The notes: generated by a model from the letters alone, not told the origin. A stretch of DNA of 64,000 bases from a virus (IMGVR_UViG_2802429052_000001:27845-91844), one strand, 5' to 3'; positions 37,710-47,818 are shown, counted from the first letter of the stretch. Numbers and translations are program-made.

Positions 37710-38071
37710 CAGTAGTCACCCCTGGGGAAGTGGCCGCGCGCCTTGGCCTGTAGCGCCAGGCCGAGCATGCGGTAGTGGCGGCGTGCAATGAACTTCTCGA
37801 CGGCTTCACGATCGATCGCAGTCTGTTTGGTGCGATGACCCACCGTCTTGGTGAACGATGAGACCGGGCCAAACTCGCCATACATCAGCGCGTCCCGGGT
37901 GACCTCGAATGTGACCACCTTGGCCGCCGGATCATCGTCGGCAATGGCCGGTTTCTTGTCGCGTATCCAATCGGAGACGACCGTCAGTAGAGGCGCCGCC
38001 ACCAGTTTCTCAGCTGCCGACAGCGGCCGGAACATGGCGGCGAACGCCTCTACGTCAAGGAAGTCGGTCAC
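37709..38071 (-). CDS. Head-tail connector protein
   Basis: Same chain. Confidence 0.45.
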   Translation of the reverse strand: MTDFLDVEAFAAMFRPLSAAEKLVAAPLLTVVSDWIRDKKPAIADDDPAAKVVTFEVTRDALMYGEFGPVSSFTKTVGHRTKQTAIDREAVEKFIARRHYRMLGLALQAKARGHFPRGDY

Positions 38072-38075
38072 GAAA

Positions 38076-38525
38076 CTAGTCCGTGGCCTCGATTAGCGCC
38101 CACAGGTCGTCCTTCTCCCGTGCCTCCAGCTCGTCACGGTCATACGTGCCGTTGGCCATCAGCCAGTCGACCAGCACAGGCTTGGTCGCGGCCTTGAGCG
38201 GCTTCTTACGGGGCGCATCACCCTCGGTACCGGTGGCCTGGCTCGGGTTCCCGGAATCGCCTGCGGAGGAGCCGGGATCGCCATCCCCACCGTCACCGCT
38301 ATCGGTGTCGCCGTCATCGGTGGCATCCGCCTCGACCGCTTCGCTGCCGTCGTCGGTCGATTCGGTCGGCGGCTCAACACCGAGGGCACCGACGGCGAGG
38401 CCGCGCTCGACCTCATCATCGGTGAGCGTGACGAGTTCGCCGAAGAACGCGCGCCGCCGAGTGCCTGCGGGCGTGAGGTATTCCCATGTCGCCGCAGTCA
38501 CCCGATGTTCTGTGACCTCGGGCAT
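38076..38525 (-). CDS. Acidic hypothetical head protein
   Basis: Asp/Glu/Gly-rich 149 aa ORF directly after capsid gene. Confidence 0.4.
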   Translation of the reverse strand: MPEVTEHRVTAATWEYLTPAGTRRRAFFGELVTLTDDEVERGLAVGALGVEPPTESTDDGSEAVEADATDDGDTDSGDGGDGDPGSSAGDSGNPSQATGTEGDAPRKKPLKAATKPVLVDWLMANGTYDRDELEAREKDDLWALIEATD

Positions 38526-39436
38526 TACGGGGCGCCCTTCAATCCGGTCACCTTCTTGACCGCGTACGGGTCGGTGACGCCCATGATGGGCAGCACCGAA
38601 GACTGGACCCAGTTCTGCTTGGTCTTGGGCTCGCGCCAGGTCTCAGTCGAGAGCATCTGCTCGTAGTCCAGGAACCCGACACCGCCGCGCACACCCGCGT
38701 AGGCGGTGCCGTTGGCGACGCGGTTGGACCGGAACATCGAGATATCGGCGTCGGCCAAGATCTGCGGTAAGTCTGGGCCGTAGGCGATACGCAGGTCCGC
38801 GTACTGCACGGGGTTGACGACCCACACGTTGTAGACGTAGCCCAATTCCTCGACATCGGCGGCCAGCTGTGCGGCGATGATGTCGGCGAACGGGCGCGCG
38901 TTGTTCGGGGTCGGGTTGTTGCCGGTCAGGGTGACGTTGCCCCAGTCGTGTCCGGGGATGACACCCGCGCCGCCGAGACTGGCGATTACCGCCTCCAGCA
39001 CGGCCACGGTGCGCTGATTGATCTTGCGCACCAGCGTGTTTGCCAGCTGTGTGGTCAGGCGGTCCATCTGGGCGCGGTCGTTGCGCCGGATAGCCTCATC
39101 GGACATCCAGAACTTGCCACCCCAGTCCTCGGACTTGGCGACCTCGGGCTGAGTGCGCTCACCCTGCACGATCGTGTACTCATCGGACGGGCCGCGCTGT
39201 TCCACATCGTTCTTGGTGTACAGCTCGTTGATGCGGATCACGTCGTAGATGATCGCCCCGGCCGTGGTGCTCGCCCCCGAGGACGAAAACAGTTCCGGGG
39301 TAATGAACTTCTGCAGCGTCAGGTCCGAGAGCCGCTTGGTGATCCGGCCGGGCTGCTTATATGCCAGGTCGACCGAGATCTTGTTGTCATTGATGACCGG
39401 CGCACCCAGCGGGTACGCGACGGGAGATGTTGCCAT
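38525..39436 (-). CDS. Major capsid protein (HK97-like), start at MATSPVAY
   Basis: GGAAAGGG RBS; size about 303 aa; located after protease and before connectors. Confidence 0.75.
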   Translation of the reverse strand: MATSPVAYPLGAPVINDNKISVDLAYKQPGRITKRLSDLTLQKFITPELFSSSGASTTAGAIIYDVIRINELYTKNDVEQRGPSDEYTIVQGERTQPEVAKSEDWGGKFWMSDEAIRRNDRAQMDRLTTQLANTLVRKINQRTVAVLEAVIASLGGAGVIPGHDWGNVTLTGNNPTPNNARPFADIIAAQLAADVEELGYVYNVWVVNPVQYADLRIAYGPDLPQILADADISMFRSNRVANGTAYAGVRGGVGFLDYEQMLSTETWREPKTKQNWVQSSVLPIMGVTDPYAVKKVTGLKGAP

Positions 39437-39452
39437 GGTGGGTAGCCCTTTC

Positions 39453-39830
39453 CTAGTAGAGGCTGATCTCGGCGTCGGCGCCATCGGCCGCCGCGGACAG
39501 TGCGTAGCCAACGGCGACGCCGCTGGCGAACTTCTTGGCCTTGCCGGCCGTGCCGACCTCGACCTCATCGAATGCGGCGAGCGTGCCGTCGGCGGTCACG
39601 TAGGTGACACGCGAATTGCCCCGCGCCACACCAACGATGTCGCCGCTGGCCGCGTCGTACTTGGAGACGCCGCACACCCGGCCCGCCGCATCAGCGGGGG
39701 CCACGGCGATGTTGCCGGTGGCGGTGCGGTTGCCGCTGATCTTGAGGAACCGCTTACCGGTGATGGCAGCTGTGGCGCGGCCGGTGATGTCGCGGCCGGG
39801 CTCGTAGACGCCCACGTTCTCGTTGGTCAT
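39453..39830 (-). CDS. Head protein (125 aa, Gly/Ala-rich; decoration or scaffold-like)
   Basis: ORF between protease and capsid gene. Confidence 0.4.
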   Translation of the reverse strand: MTNENVGVYEPGRDITGRATAAITGKRFLKISGNRTATGNIAVAPADAAGRVCGVSKYDAASGDIVGVARGNSRVTYVTADGTLAAFDEVEVGTAGKAKKFASGVAVGYALSAAADGADAEISLY

Positions 39831-39833
39831 GAT

Positions 39834-41087
39834 CTATTCCTTCCCTTCCGAACTCGGCGCGGTGGGCGCGGAGTCGAACCAGCTGAGGTCATTGGGCACC
39901 GGACCGTCTGCGGGCTGCGTCGAATGCCCCGTCTCGGCGAGAGGGACCACCCCGGGTGCCAGCGCGGCCAGTACGGCGGTGTGTCCCTCACGGTCGGCGG
40001 CGAGCGCCTGCAAGTGGTGCTCGCGACGTGCCGGGGCGACCTTGCCGTCGGCGATGGCCTGATCGACCACACGCTCGTCGCCCTCGCGCAACTGCTGTGC
40101 GCGCGCCTCGGCGCCCGCCTGCGCCGCCGCGACGGTGGCCTCGTACTGGGCCCGCTCGACGACCGTCATACCGGCCTTGGCGAGCGCGGCCGTGGCCTGC
40201 TCCAGACTCGGCGCAGCGGGTGGGGTTTCGCCACTTTCCTGGCCGTCGTCGGCACGCTCTTCGAGCGCTTCGGCGGCAGCAGACAAAATGGTCTCGTCGT
40301 CGGCGTCGGCATCGATACCGAGCAGCTTGGCGAGGCCCTCATTCAGGGTTGCCACAATGGGCTCCTTTCCTCTGTTGACCTCGCCCTTCTCGGGCCGAGG
40401 GGTCTTGTTGTGCACCAGCGGAATTCGTGGCGCAGGCGCGGACTGGCGTCCGGCATAGCGGAACGCCGACAGATCGAACACCGATGCACGCGCGGCGGCC
40501 GACTTCGCGTCAGGCTCGGGTAGCTCGACGACACGATCAGCGAGACCGGCCTCGACCGCTTCGTCGGCGAGCAGCCAGGTTTCCTCAGCCATCACGTCGA
40601 GCCAGTCCTCGACAGTGCCCCCTGCCCGGTCGGCGTAGATCTGCGCAATGTTGCTGTTGTGCTGAGCCAGTCGCGCCGCGCTCTTCTCCATATCGCGGGC
40701 ATCTCCCACACACACCGCCCACGCGTTATGCACCATCATCTGGCTGTTGCGGTTCATCACGATCTCATCGCCCGCCATCGCGATCACCGACGCGATCGAC
40801 GCCGCAAGGCTGTCGACCACGACGGTCACCGTGGCGGGATGATCACGTAGCGCGTTGAGAATGGCGATGCCGTCGAACACCGACCCGCCGGGACTGTTGA
40901 TGCGCACCGTGATGGCATCGTTGTCGATGGCCTTCAGATCGCGGGCGAACTGTTCGGCGGAAATGCCGTACCACGAATCGATTTCGTCATAGATCAGCAA
41001 CTCAGCGGGACCATCATCGGTCTTGGTGGCGTTGCGGATGCTGTACCACGGGGGACGTTGGCCCGCCGTGAGATTCTTGGTCACCAC
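39834..41087 (-). CDS. Prohead protease (ClpP/S14-like) fused to scaffold-like C-terminal domain
   Basis: ClpP-like core VDSLAASIASVIAMAG, His/Asp downstream; acidic helical C-terminus. Confidence 0.8.
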   Translation of the reverse strand: MVTKNLTAGQRPPWYSIRNATKTDDGPAELLIYDEIDSWYGISAEQFARDLKAIDNDAITVRINSPGGSVFDGIAILNALRDHPATVTVVVDSLAASIASVIAMAGDEIVMNRNSQMMVHNAWAVCVGDARDMEKSAARLAQHNSNIAQIYADRAGGTVEDWLDVMAEETWLLADEAVEAGLADRVVELPEPDAKSAAARASVFDLSAFRYAGRQSAPAPRIPLVHNKTPRPEKGEVNRGKEPIVATLNEGLAKLLGIDADADDETILSAAAEALEERADDGQESGETPPAAPSLEQATAALAKAGMTVVERAQYEATVAAAQAGAEARAQQLREGDERVVDQAIADGKVAPARREHHLQALAADREGHTAVLAALAPGVVPLAETGHSTQPADGPVPNDLSWFDSAPTAPSSEGKE

Positions 41088-42529
41088 AGCGTCGGGTCTC
41101 CGTTCCTCGTGGCCGTGCTGGCGCCACCGGGGCGCGCTCGGGTATGGGTGCGCACACGCACCGGCCCTGCGCTATTGCGGGGCGCGGCGGCGGATTCGTC
41201 GGCGGGCTCGGATTCGGCCTCGGGCGAGTTGGGGTCGGGACCAGGCAGGCCAGTAGCCGAGCGGATGAAGGCCTCAAGACGTGGATCGGGCGTCAACAGT
41301 CCTGCGTTGACCAGCATTTGCAGCGCCGCGGCGGTAGCGTCCTGGCGCGAACCGATCTCATCGAACACCAGCAGCGGCGCCGGTTCGTCCTCGCCGAAAT
41401 TGAGGTCGACCAGATCCTCGACGACATGCGCCTGTGCGGTGTTGCGGATGTCTTCGGCGACCGTCTGGACCGACTGCACGAACGTATCGGCCTGCACACT
41501 GGCCAGCGCGTACGAGCCGCCCTTACCGTCCAGATTCAGGAAGTGCGCCAACGCAACCAGCGCCATCTGGTGGTCGTGGTACTCGATCGCACGGCGCGGG
41601 TCCATCGGGGTGCCCGATGGCGACATGATCCCGGCCTCTTGTCCCTCAGCCAGGGCTAGGCCGGACGACTCGCCACCGCTGTACTTAGAGGCGACATCGA
41701 GCAGCGCGTCCATGCGCTCTTCGTCCTGAGAGTCGTTCTCGTTGCCCTTGATCCACGGGACGCCGATGCCGTGGCGGCGTGCGGCGGCGGCCTCGATGCG
41801 CATCAGCTCGTCTTTGAGCTTCCAGTGCTTATAGGCAGGCCGCAGCAGGCTGTTGCCGATCCACACACCCGGATCGGGCTCGTACGCATACACGACCAGC
41901 CGGTTGATGGGAATGATCGAATCCATTGACCCGCCAGCTGGTATCGCCACTCCGCTCGATGTCATGGTGAACCCGCTGGAGGGGTGTTGTTCGATCGAGG
42001 CCAGGCCGCCGTCGCGGTCGACGTTCCACTTGGCGATGGTCACTTGGGGACGTGGGGCGAGCTTGCGCAGTACGGCGCGGATGTTGGCGCCTTCGCCTTC
42101 GAGGCGGTAGACCTGCTCAAATACCGAGTGCCCGTACCGTAACGCCATGAGGGCCTGCTGCAGGTGCTTATCCCAGGAGAACCGGCCACGGGTCCGCGCC
42201 TGGGGTTCGTCCTCGTCGGCGGCGCCCTCGATGGGTAGGCCCAGATTGCGGGCGATGAACTCGGTGACCTCATCGCTGGCGCCGTTCTGGCGGATACGCC
42301 ACGCGGTGCGGCGAATGGGCAGCCCAATTGCCCGCAGCACCGATGAGATTCGGGCGTCCTCGCGGACCATGCGCGTGTAGGTCCACACCGACAGCGGCCA
42401 GATCAGGTCGGCGGTCTGCTCGAACTGGTCGATAGGTTCACCCCAGCCGGTCGCGCCGGCCGAGCTGAGCACGTACCCCTGTTCGGTACGCGGGGCGGCG
42501 GTCTTCTTCGGTGCCTGCTGATCGGCCAT
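41081..42529 (-). CDS. Portal protein
   Basis: 482 aa between terminase and protease. Confidence 0.75.
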   Translation of the reverse strand: MADQQAPKKTAAPRTEQGYVLSSAGATGWGEPIDQFEQTADLIWPLSVWTYTRMVREDARISSVLRAIGLPIRRTAWRIRQNGASDEVTEFIARNLGLPIEGAADEDEPQARTRGRFSWDKHLQQALMALRYGHSVFEQVYRLEGEGANIRAVLRKLAPRPQVTIAKWNVDRDGGLASIEQHPSSGFTMTSSGVAIPAGGSMDSIIPINRLVVYAYEPDPGVWIGNSLLRPAYKHWKLKDELMRIEAAAARRHGIGVPWIKGNENDSQDEERMDALLDVASKYSGGESSGLALAEGQEAGIMSPSGTPMDPRRAIEYHDHQMALVALAHFLNLDGKGGSYALASVQADTFVQSVQTVAEDIRNTAQAHVVEDLVDLNFGEDEPAPLLVFDEIGSRQDATAAALQMLVNAGLLTPDPRLEAFIRSATGLPGPDPNSPEAESEPADESAAAPRNSAGPVRVRTHTRARPGGASTATRNGDPTLW

Positions 42530-42543
42530 GCTCGCCCCCTTTC

Positions 42544-44142
42544 TCAGAATGCGGCGCTCATCGCGTCGAAATCGGCGCTATGCCGGTGTGATTGGTGCTC
42601 TCGTGCGGCGCCGGTGCGGGCGCTGACGGTCTTTGCGGGCGCCTTGGTTCCGTACTTGCGAAGGGCCCAGTGCGCCATGGACACGTTCATCAGCGGCATG
42701 CCTGCGCCGTTGGGTTCCTCGGCCCAGACGAAATCGCCGCCCGGCAGCTCGCGCATGCTGGCGGTGGCCACCTCGTCGTTGAGCACTGTTTGATCGCTGT
42801 GCGACAACTTGACGGCATCGGCGTCTGCCAGGAAACCGCTACAGGACTGCGCGATCTCGGACGTGCCGATCATCAGCGGCTCGATACCGGCGGCGATGAG
42901 CAGCGGTTCAAGTACCTGCGCGGTGTTCTTACGGTCGATCACCAGCGCCACCGGATTCCACGCGGTGACTTTGGCGACCAGGTACTCGGCGATCTCGGAG
43001 TGCGTGCCGGTGCGCAGCGGTGCCACCTCGACATGGATGTTGCCGTCTTCGGCCATCTGCGCGGCGCTGATTGACCACACCTGACGGTTCCAGGATCGCC
43101 GCACCGCGATGGTGCGGGCTCCCGTGAGCTTCGCGTCGGCGTTCGCCATGTCGCTCCAGTTCGGGATCGGCGAGCCAACCTCGTCCTCGTCGGGCGGGTA
43201 GTCGCCGATCCCGAGGTAGTCGGCGGTGAAGATCGCCCGCTGTTCGGCGGTGCGGGCCTTGCGCCGTTTGGCTTCGAGCTCGTGCTCGTCGCCGACGACA
43301 CCCAGGGAGGGGTGCGCCAGGCGGTATGCGTCGATATCGCCGAGCTCGGTGCCCTCGGGTACCGCATAGAGGGCGTAGTACAGATCCGGGGACCGCTTGT
43401 GCCCGAGGTTGTGCATGCCGGTGAGGATCTGGCAGTTGGGATGTACCGAGGCCACCGGAGGTGTTGAGACGTACCAGATCTGCGGCCCGGTCGCCTTGGT
43501 CGAGGCGCGGGTCGCGCCGGTCAAGCTCGCTTCGGCTTGCGCGGTGAGGTCGTAGGCCTCGTCGAGTATCAGCAGATCCACTTCGGTCAGACCGCGACCG
43601 AACTTGGCGGTGCGCGGCCCGAACTTGGCCTCTCCGTTGCCGAGCTTGATCAGCCCGCGGTTGCCCGCCGAAGTTGGCTCGGAGCGTAGGCGTTTCTTGA
43701 GAGACGGGATGCGGTCGATGACATCGACGCAGCGGCCGAATACGTCCTTGGCCGTCTCCCATTCCTGGGCGGTGTAGGCGATTTTCTCCCCGAGCACCAG
43801 CATCCCGAAGATGATGCGTAGCACCACGATCAGGGTCTTGCCGTTCTGACGTGGGCACTCGATACACACGTCGCGGTGCGTCCAGACGCGATCGCCCCAC
43901 TCGTTGGGCTCCTGTAGCGAGAGCACCGCGCGTAAGGTGAGCCACTGCCAGGGCATGCAGCGCACGCCAATTCGCGATCCCAAGCGCGCCGCCCGGTCGC
44001 CCCATGATTCATCGCCGGGGTGTCGGGACTCGAATCGTGGTGTCTGACTGCCCTTCAGGCGTGGCCACAAGCCGATGAACTCTGGCCACTCACGCGGTGC
44101 CAGGTCAGATACCGGCGAGCACGTCGTCGTCATCGGGATCAT
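42544..44142 (-). CDS. terL: Terminase large subunit
   Basis: 532 aa, ATPase N-terminus and nuclease C-terminus, first large gene of late operon. Confidence 0.8.
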   Translation of the reverse strand: MIPMTTTCSPVSDLAPREWPEFIGLWPRLKGSQTPRFESRHPGDESWGDRAARLGSRIGVRCMPWQWLTLRAVLSLQEPNEWGDRVWTHRDVCIECPRQNGKTLIVVLRIIFGMLVLGEKIAYTAQEWETAKDVFGRCVDVIDRIPSLKKRLRSEPTSAGNRGLIKLGNGEAKFGPRTAKFGRGLTEVDLLILDEAYDLTAQAEASLTGATRASTKATGPQIWYVSTPPVASVHPNCQILTGMHNLGHKRSPDLYYALYAVPEGTELGDIDAYRLAHPSLGVVGDEHELEAKRRKARTAEQRAIFTADYLGIGDYPPDEDEVGSPIPNWSDMANADAKLTGARTIAVRRSWNRQVWSISAAQMAEDGNIHVEVAPLRTGTHSEIAEYLVAKVTAWNPVALVIDRKNTAQVLEPLLIAAGIEPLMIGTSEIAQSCSGFLADADAVKLSHSDQTVLNDEVATASMRELPGGDFVWAEEPNGAGMPLMNVSMAHWALRKYGTKAPAKTVSARTGAAREHQSHRHSADFDAMSAAF

Positions 44143-44509
44143 CCGGCAGTGCGGCGCGCTGGCGATAGACCTCGGTGATCAGCTTGCGCATCTGCTCGGC
44201 CTGCTGGCGCTGCTGCACCAGCACGTTGTTCACCACCACTTCGACGGTCTTGGCGCCGATCTTGAGCTGTAGCCAGGCCTCGCGGTCGCCGTCCAGTAGA
44301 GCGTTGAGCCGGGCGAGGTAGTCGGCGGCGTACCCGGCCTGCTCGATGATGAGCCGCAAGGGGTAGGGGTCGTCGGGTTGTGACAACTCTTCGATGAGTC
44401 GCTGGCCGACTGTCTTCTCGGAGGCCGGTTGCCGACGCGTTGCCCGCTTAGCTGGAGTCTTTGCTGAGTTAGCGGTGGCCTTTGCCGGTTTCGTGTCTGC
44501 TGTCATCAC
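44105..44509 (-). CDS. Terminase small subunit candidate
   Basis: 134 aa basic N-terminus, overlaps terL start. Confidence 0.4.
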   Translation of the reverse strand: MMTADTKPAKATANSAKTPAKRATRRQPASEKTVGQRLIEELSQPDDPYPLRLIIEQAGYAADYLARLNALLDGDREAWLQLKIGAKTVEVVVNNVLVQQRQQAEQMRKLITEVYRQRAALPDDPDDDDVLAGI

Positions 44510-44512
44510 TCG

Positions 44513-44546
44513 CCGCGTTCAAAAAAAACCTGACGGGAGCCTCCGG
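44513..44546 (-). terminator. Hairpin plus T8 on minus strand upstream of terS (terminator or cos-proximal structure)
   Basis: CCTGAC..GTCAGG stem followed by TTTTTTTT. Confidence 0.4.
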
Positions 44547-44666
44547 GGGTCAGGAAGGCCCCCCACCTGGATAATTTCAGGGGGAGGGGCTTTGACCTGC
44601 GGTTATGGCACTTTCGGGCGTGTGCATCGGTGCTGGTCAGGAGCTTTTCGGCCCATCGGCTGGTCA

Positions 44667-45119
44667 TCACCACGACATCACACCTCCGTCGTGTTTGCTG
44701 GCAGGGTCGGCATGTTTGCTGTGTGACTGGTCGGCGTACCACCGCTTTGCTGCCTGCGCCATGCGCCACGGTCGCTCGGCTTTGCATCGGGCCATGACCA
44801 CGCTCCGACCAGGGTCGATGGTGATGACCTGCGCCCCAGCGGATCGGTAGCGCGCGAGCAGTCCCTCGCCGGGCATGGAGTGGATCAGGTACACATCGCA
44901 CTGGCCCGCGAACGTCAGCGCCGTATCGATCGCGGCCAGCCGTGCGGCCTTGGTGACCGAGCGGATGTGCTGGGGCGGGTCGTGTGGATCTCCACCCGCG
45001 GGCGTGAGTACCGAAGCGATGGCGTCGTAGTCGATCGTGATGTCGCCATGCTTGGCGTGCTGTCTCACCCATGTGGACTTGCCGGCCGCAGGCGGGCCGG
45101 TCACCAGGTACAGGGTCAC
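44667..45119 (-). CDS. P-loop NTPase/kinase (Walker A GPPAAGKST)
   Basis: Walker A motif; GTG start with GTGA overlap to HNH stop. Confidence 0.55.
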   Translation of the reverse strand: MTLYLVTGPPAAGKSTWVRQHAKHGDITIDYDAIASVLTPAGGDPHDPPQHIRSVTKAARLAAIDTALTFAGQCDVYLIHSMPGEGLLARYRSAGAQVITIDPGRSVVMARCKAERPWRMAQAAKRWYADQSHSKHADPASKHDGGVMSW

Positions 45120-45517
45120 CAGTCCATCGCCAGGTTGTCGGTAGTGGTGATCGGCGCGGTGGTAATCCCCAGTGTCGCAAGGGCTGTTGACCACTCGGAT
45201 GGCTGAACGTCGAGCACTGCGGGCCGGTGGGCGTCGTGCCTGCCGTCTTGGCGCTGGCTGTTGCAGATGCCGTGCAGTAGGCGATCGGCGCGTTGTCCGC
45301 CGAATGCGCGAGCTTGGCTATGGTCTGCGGCCAGTTGCTTGCGGTCCCAGTTGCGCTCCAGCAAGGGCGCTTTGAACATCGGTAGGCCACACCACCAGCA
45401 CAGTGTGCCGTCGACGTGACGGCGCAACAGCCCTTCGGCTTGCTGTTGGTGTTTCCAGCCCAGACCGCGATCTGTGGTGCTGGCCTTACGGCCGGGCCTC
45501 GGCGACATAGGGCTCAT
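45116..45517 (-). CDS. HNH endonuclease (terminase-associated)
   Basis: CWWCG...ADHSQARAFGG...HGICNSQRQ HNH motifs. Confidence 0.7.
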   Translation of the reverse strand: MSPMSPRPGRKASTTDRGLGWKHQQQAEGLLRRHVDGTLCWWCGLPMFKAPLLERNWDRKQLAADHSQARAFGGQRADRLLHGICNSQRQDGRHDAHRPAVLDVQPSEWSTALATLGITTAPITTTDNLAMDW

Positions 45518-45884
45518 CCATGATCAGCGCATCCGACGAAAACCCCTGGCGGCCAGCGCTTGCATCGGCCTCGGCGTGCGCTGGTGGTGCCGTAGGTGCG
45601 GGTGCGACCTTGACGGGTGCGACGGATGGCTCGCTGCCGTCCTGCTCCACATCCAGTGTCCAGCCGTTGGCGCGGGTAGTGATGGTCATCGTGGTGTCCC
45701 CAATGGGCTGGCCCAGCTCGGCCAGCGTGCCCGCCTGCGCGAGAGTGACCATCACGGCCAGACCCCAACCCTGCCCGCCGGATTGGCGCTTAAGGTCGGG
45801 GATATCCGGCGGCGTGGAACGCCACTTACCCGGGTCGGTGCCCATGAGGACCTTGCCGTCGACGGTGATCTTGATATTGCTCAT
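45486..45884 (-). CDS. Hypothetical protein
   Basis: ORF in coupled gene chain. Confidence 0.4.
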   Translation of the reverse strand: MSNIKITVDGKVLMGTDPGKWRSTPPDIPDLKRQSGGQGWGLAVMVTLAQAGTLAELGQPIGDTTMTITTRANGWTLDVEQDGSEPSVAPVKVAPAPTAPPAHAEADASAGRQGFSSDALIMDEPYVAEARP

Positions 45885-46282
45885 TGGGCTAGGAACTTTC
45901 GTAGTTGACGGGCATCGATCGTCACGTCGTCGGTCTTGCCGACCGTCAGCACCAACAAGGGCGTGGCGCGCTGGTGGTCGGTGCGGTCATACAGCGTGAC
46001 GATTCGGGTGCCATCCGGCGCTTCTGCGGCATCCTGGCGCAGCTGTGCCGCATCGGCTTTCGTCAGTACGTCGAATTCGCCATCGATGACCGACCCAAGG
46101 GCCTCGGCCCACAGCTTTGCGGCCTGGCCGATCATTTCCTGCGCTTGAGCCTCTGGCATGCCAGTGGAGCGGAAGCCGGGAATCGGAATCACTCGTGCGG
46201 GACTGTTTGCGTCGCCGGGATGTTGAAGGGCTCCCGAAGCGAATGTGCGGGTGAGCAGATCCACCAAGAGCTGATTGGCCAT
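45881..46282 (-). CDS. Hypothetical protein
   Basis: ORF in coupled gene chain. Confidence 0.4.
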   Translation of the reverse strand: MANQLLVDLLTRTFASGALQHPGDANSPARVIPIPGFRSTGMPEAQAQEMIGQAAKLWAEALGSVIDGEFDVLTKADAAQLRQDAAEAPDGTRIVTLYDRTDHQRATPLLVLTVGKTDDVTIDARQLRKFLAQ

Positions 46283-46443
46283 CAGGGGAACGGGTTTCCA
46301 GGTGCTTGCATGTGTTGCCTGAACGCGTCGCCAGCGCTTCGCCCGGCCGCGGCATGTGCATATTCGACGTTGACGGTCCAGCCGCGCGACGGGTCGAGAC
46401 GATTCGCAAGCCTGCGCAGCGCGCGGGCAATGGTGCGCTTCAT
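46283..46443 (-). CDS. Small basic protein (about 54 aa) not in ORF track
   Basis: GAGGGGG RBS 4 nt before ATG; first ORF after terminator. Confidence 0.35.
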
Positions 46444-46502
46444 GAGTCCCCCTCGGGCTAAGGGATGAGGTTGGGCGGAATGGACATCGCCCCTGAAACG
46501 AC

Positions 46503-46530
46503 GAAAACCCCAGCTAGGCCGGGGTTTTCA
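46503..46530. terminator. Bidirectional terminator separating early and late operons
   Basis: AAAACCCC..GGGGTTTT hairpin with flanking A/T runs. Confidence 0.5.
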
Positions 46531-46588
46531 TGCAGTGGACATAGTTGTCCCACCGACATGTTGGGACTCATTTTGCCATACGTGCAGG

Positions 46589-47014
46589 TCAGGCCTGCGA
46601 TATGGGTTTTCGCGTGTCGCGACGCCACAGGGTATGCGCGGCCATGAGTGCTGAGGCCAATGCTGGCGCGTCCTGCATGGACAGTTTGTCGGGCACGTTG
46701 CGGATGGCCACCTGGTCGCCGTGCGGGCTGATGCGAACGGCGCCGTCAGACCATGGTTGTGCGGTGATGGGTACACGGACGTATTGCCGGCCGGACTCGT
46801 AGGTTTCGACCCCGGGTAGTGCGATCACCACATGCCCCTTGGTCTTGAGGGCGTCGGGCAGTATCGAGGCGATGATGTCGGCGACCTGCGCCTGCGTGTA
46901 AAGAACGGTCTCGGTCTGACCTTCGGCACCGATGGTCACACCTCGGGTTATCCCGAACAGGTTCGGGATGCTCTCGATGACCTCACGAATGGCCTTACGG
47001 GCGTCCATGGGCAA
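46589..47014 (-). CDS. Hypothetical protein
   Basis: 141 aa ORF, last gene before terminator. Confidence 0.4.
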   Translation of the reverse strand: MPMDARKAIREVIESIPNLFGITRGVTIGAEGQTETVLYTQAQVADIIASILPDALKTKGHVVIALPGVETYESGRQYVRVPITAQPWSDGAVRISPHGDQVAIRNVPDKLSMQDAPALASALMAAHTLWRRDTRKPISQA

Positions 47015-47043
47015 GTTCTACGCCGAGGGTCTGACAGCGCTGG

Positions 47044-47556
47044 TCAGGCGTGGCTGAAATTTCCCAGGATTGCCCGAGCATCCTTCATGAGCAGGAAGAG
47101 GTGAAGCGGATCGGTGGGGGAGGGTTCGAAATCAAACCGCTCGTAGAAGGTGCGAGCCTCTTCGTGCAGGGCGTGGACCAGCAGGATTTTCACGCCGACT
47201 TGTTCGGATACCTGCACAGTGCGCAGGATGGCATCGCGCAGCAATGAACCGCCCAACCCCATGCCCTGCGTCTTCCGGTCGACAGCCAAGCGCGCCAACA
47301 GAATTGCAGGGATTGGGTCAGGCATGTTTCGCCGCACCCTCCCTGGCATATCAGAACGGAGAACAGCCGTAGACGACAGCGAGTAGTAACCCATTACGCG
47401 GCCGTCCTTGCATGTGACAAAGCATCGCGAACCGTCACCTACATGGTTGGCCAATGCCCGGTTGTGCAGGTACTCGTCGAGACTGGGGGCACCACTCTCG
47501 AAACCGCTGATGTCATCGCGCTCGGTGATGGCCCGGGGGCGGCTGTACTCACTCAT
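47044..47556 (-). CDS. GNAT acetyltransferase toxin (TacT-like)
   Basis: Acetyl-CoA motif QGMGLGGSLL; overlaps upstream antitoxin stop. Confidence 0.65.
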   Translation of the reverse strand: MSEYSRPRAITERDDISGFESGAPSLDEYLHNRALANHVGDGSRCFVTCKDGRVMGYYSLSSTAVLRSDMPGRVRRNMPDPIPAILLARLAVDRKTQGMGLGGSLLRDAILRTVQVSEQVGVKILLVHALHEEARTFYERFDFEPSPTDPLHLFLLMKDARAILGNFSHA

Positions 47557-47818
47557 CGAAAACAGATGGGCTGGTCAGCAGCTTCTCCAACCGTGCCTTG
47601 AACTGCACAGGGCGATCAAGGATTGCGTTGAACTCTGCCCATGCGGCGTTGTCAATGATGAACAGCCGCCTGTCGGCGAGAACGTCGCGTGCGTGAGACA
47701 AGGTGGCACTGAGTGTGAACTCGCTCAAGGTAGCCCCCTCGACCTCAGCGGCACGACGAATCAGTGCGTCCTGCTCTGATGTCAGGCGCACAGCCAGTCG
47801 CTGCTCCTTGGTACTCAT
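47549..47818 (-). CDS. DUF1778/TacA-like antitoxin (about 89 aa)
   Basis: Ribbon-helix-helix-like N-terminus, 8-nt overlap with GNAT gene. Confidence 0.6.
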   Translation of the reverse strand: MSTKEQRLAVRLTSEQDALIRRAAEVEGATLSEFTLSATLSHARDVLADRRLFIIDNAAWAEFNAILDRPVQFKARLEKLLTSPSVFDE

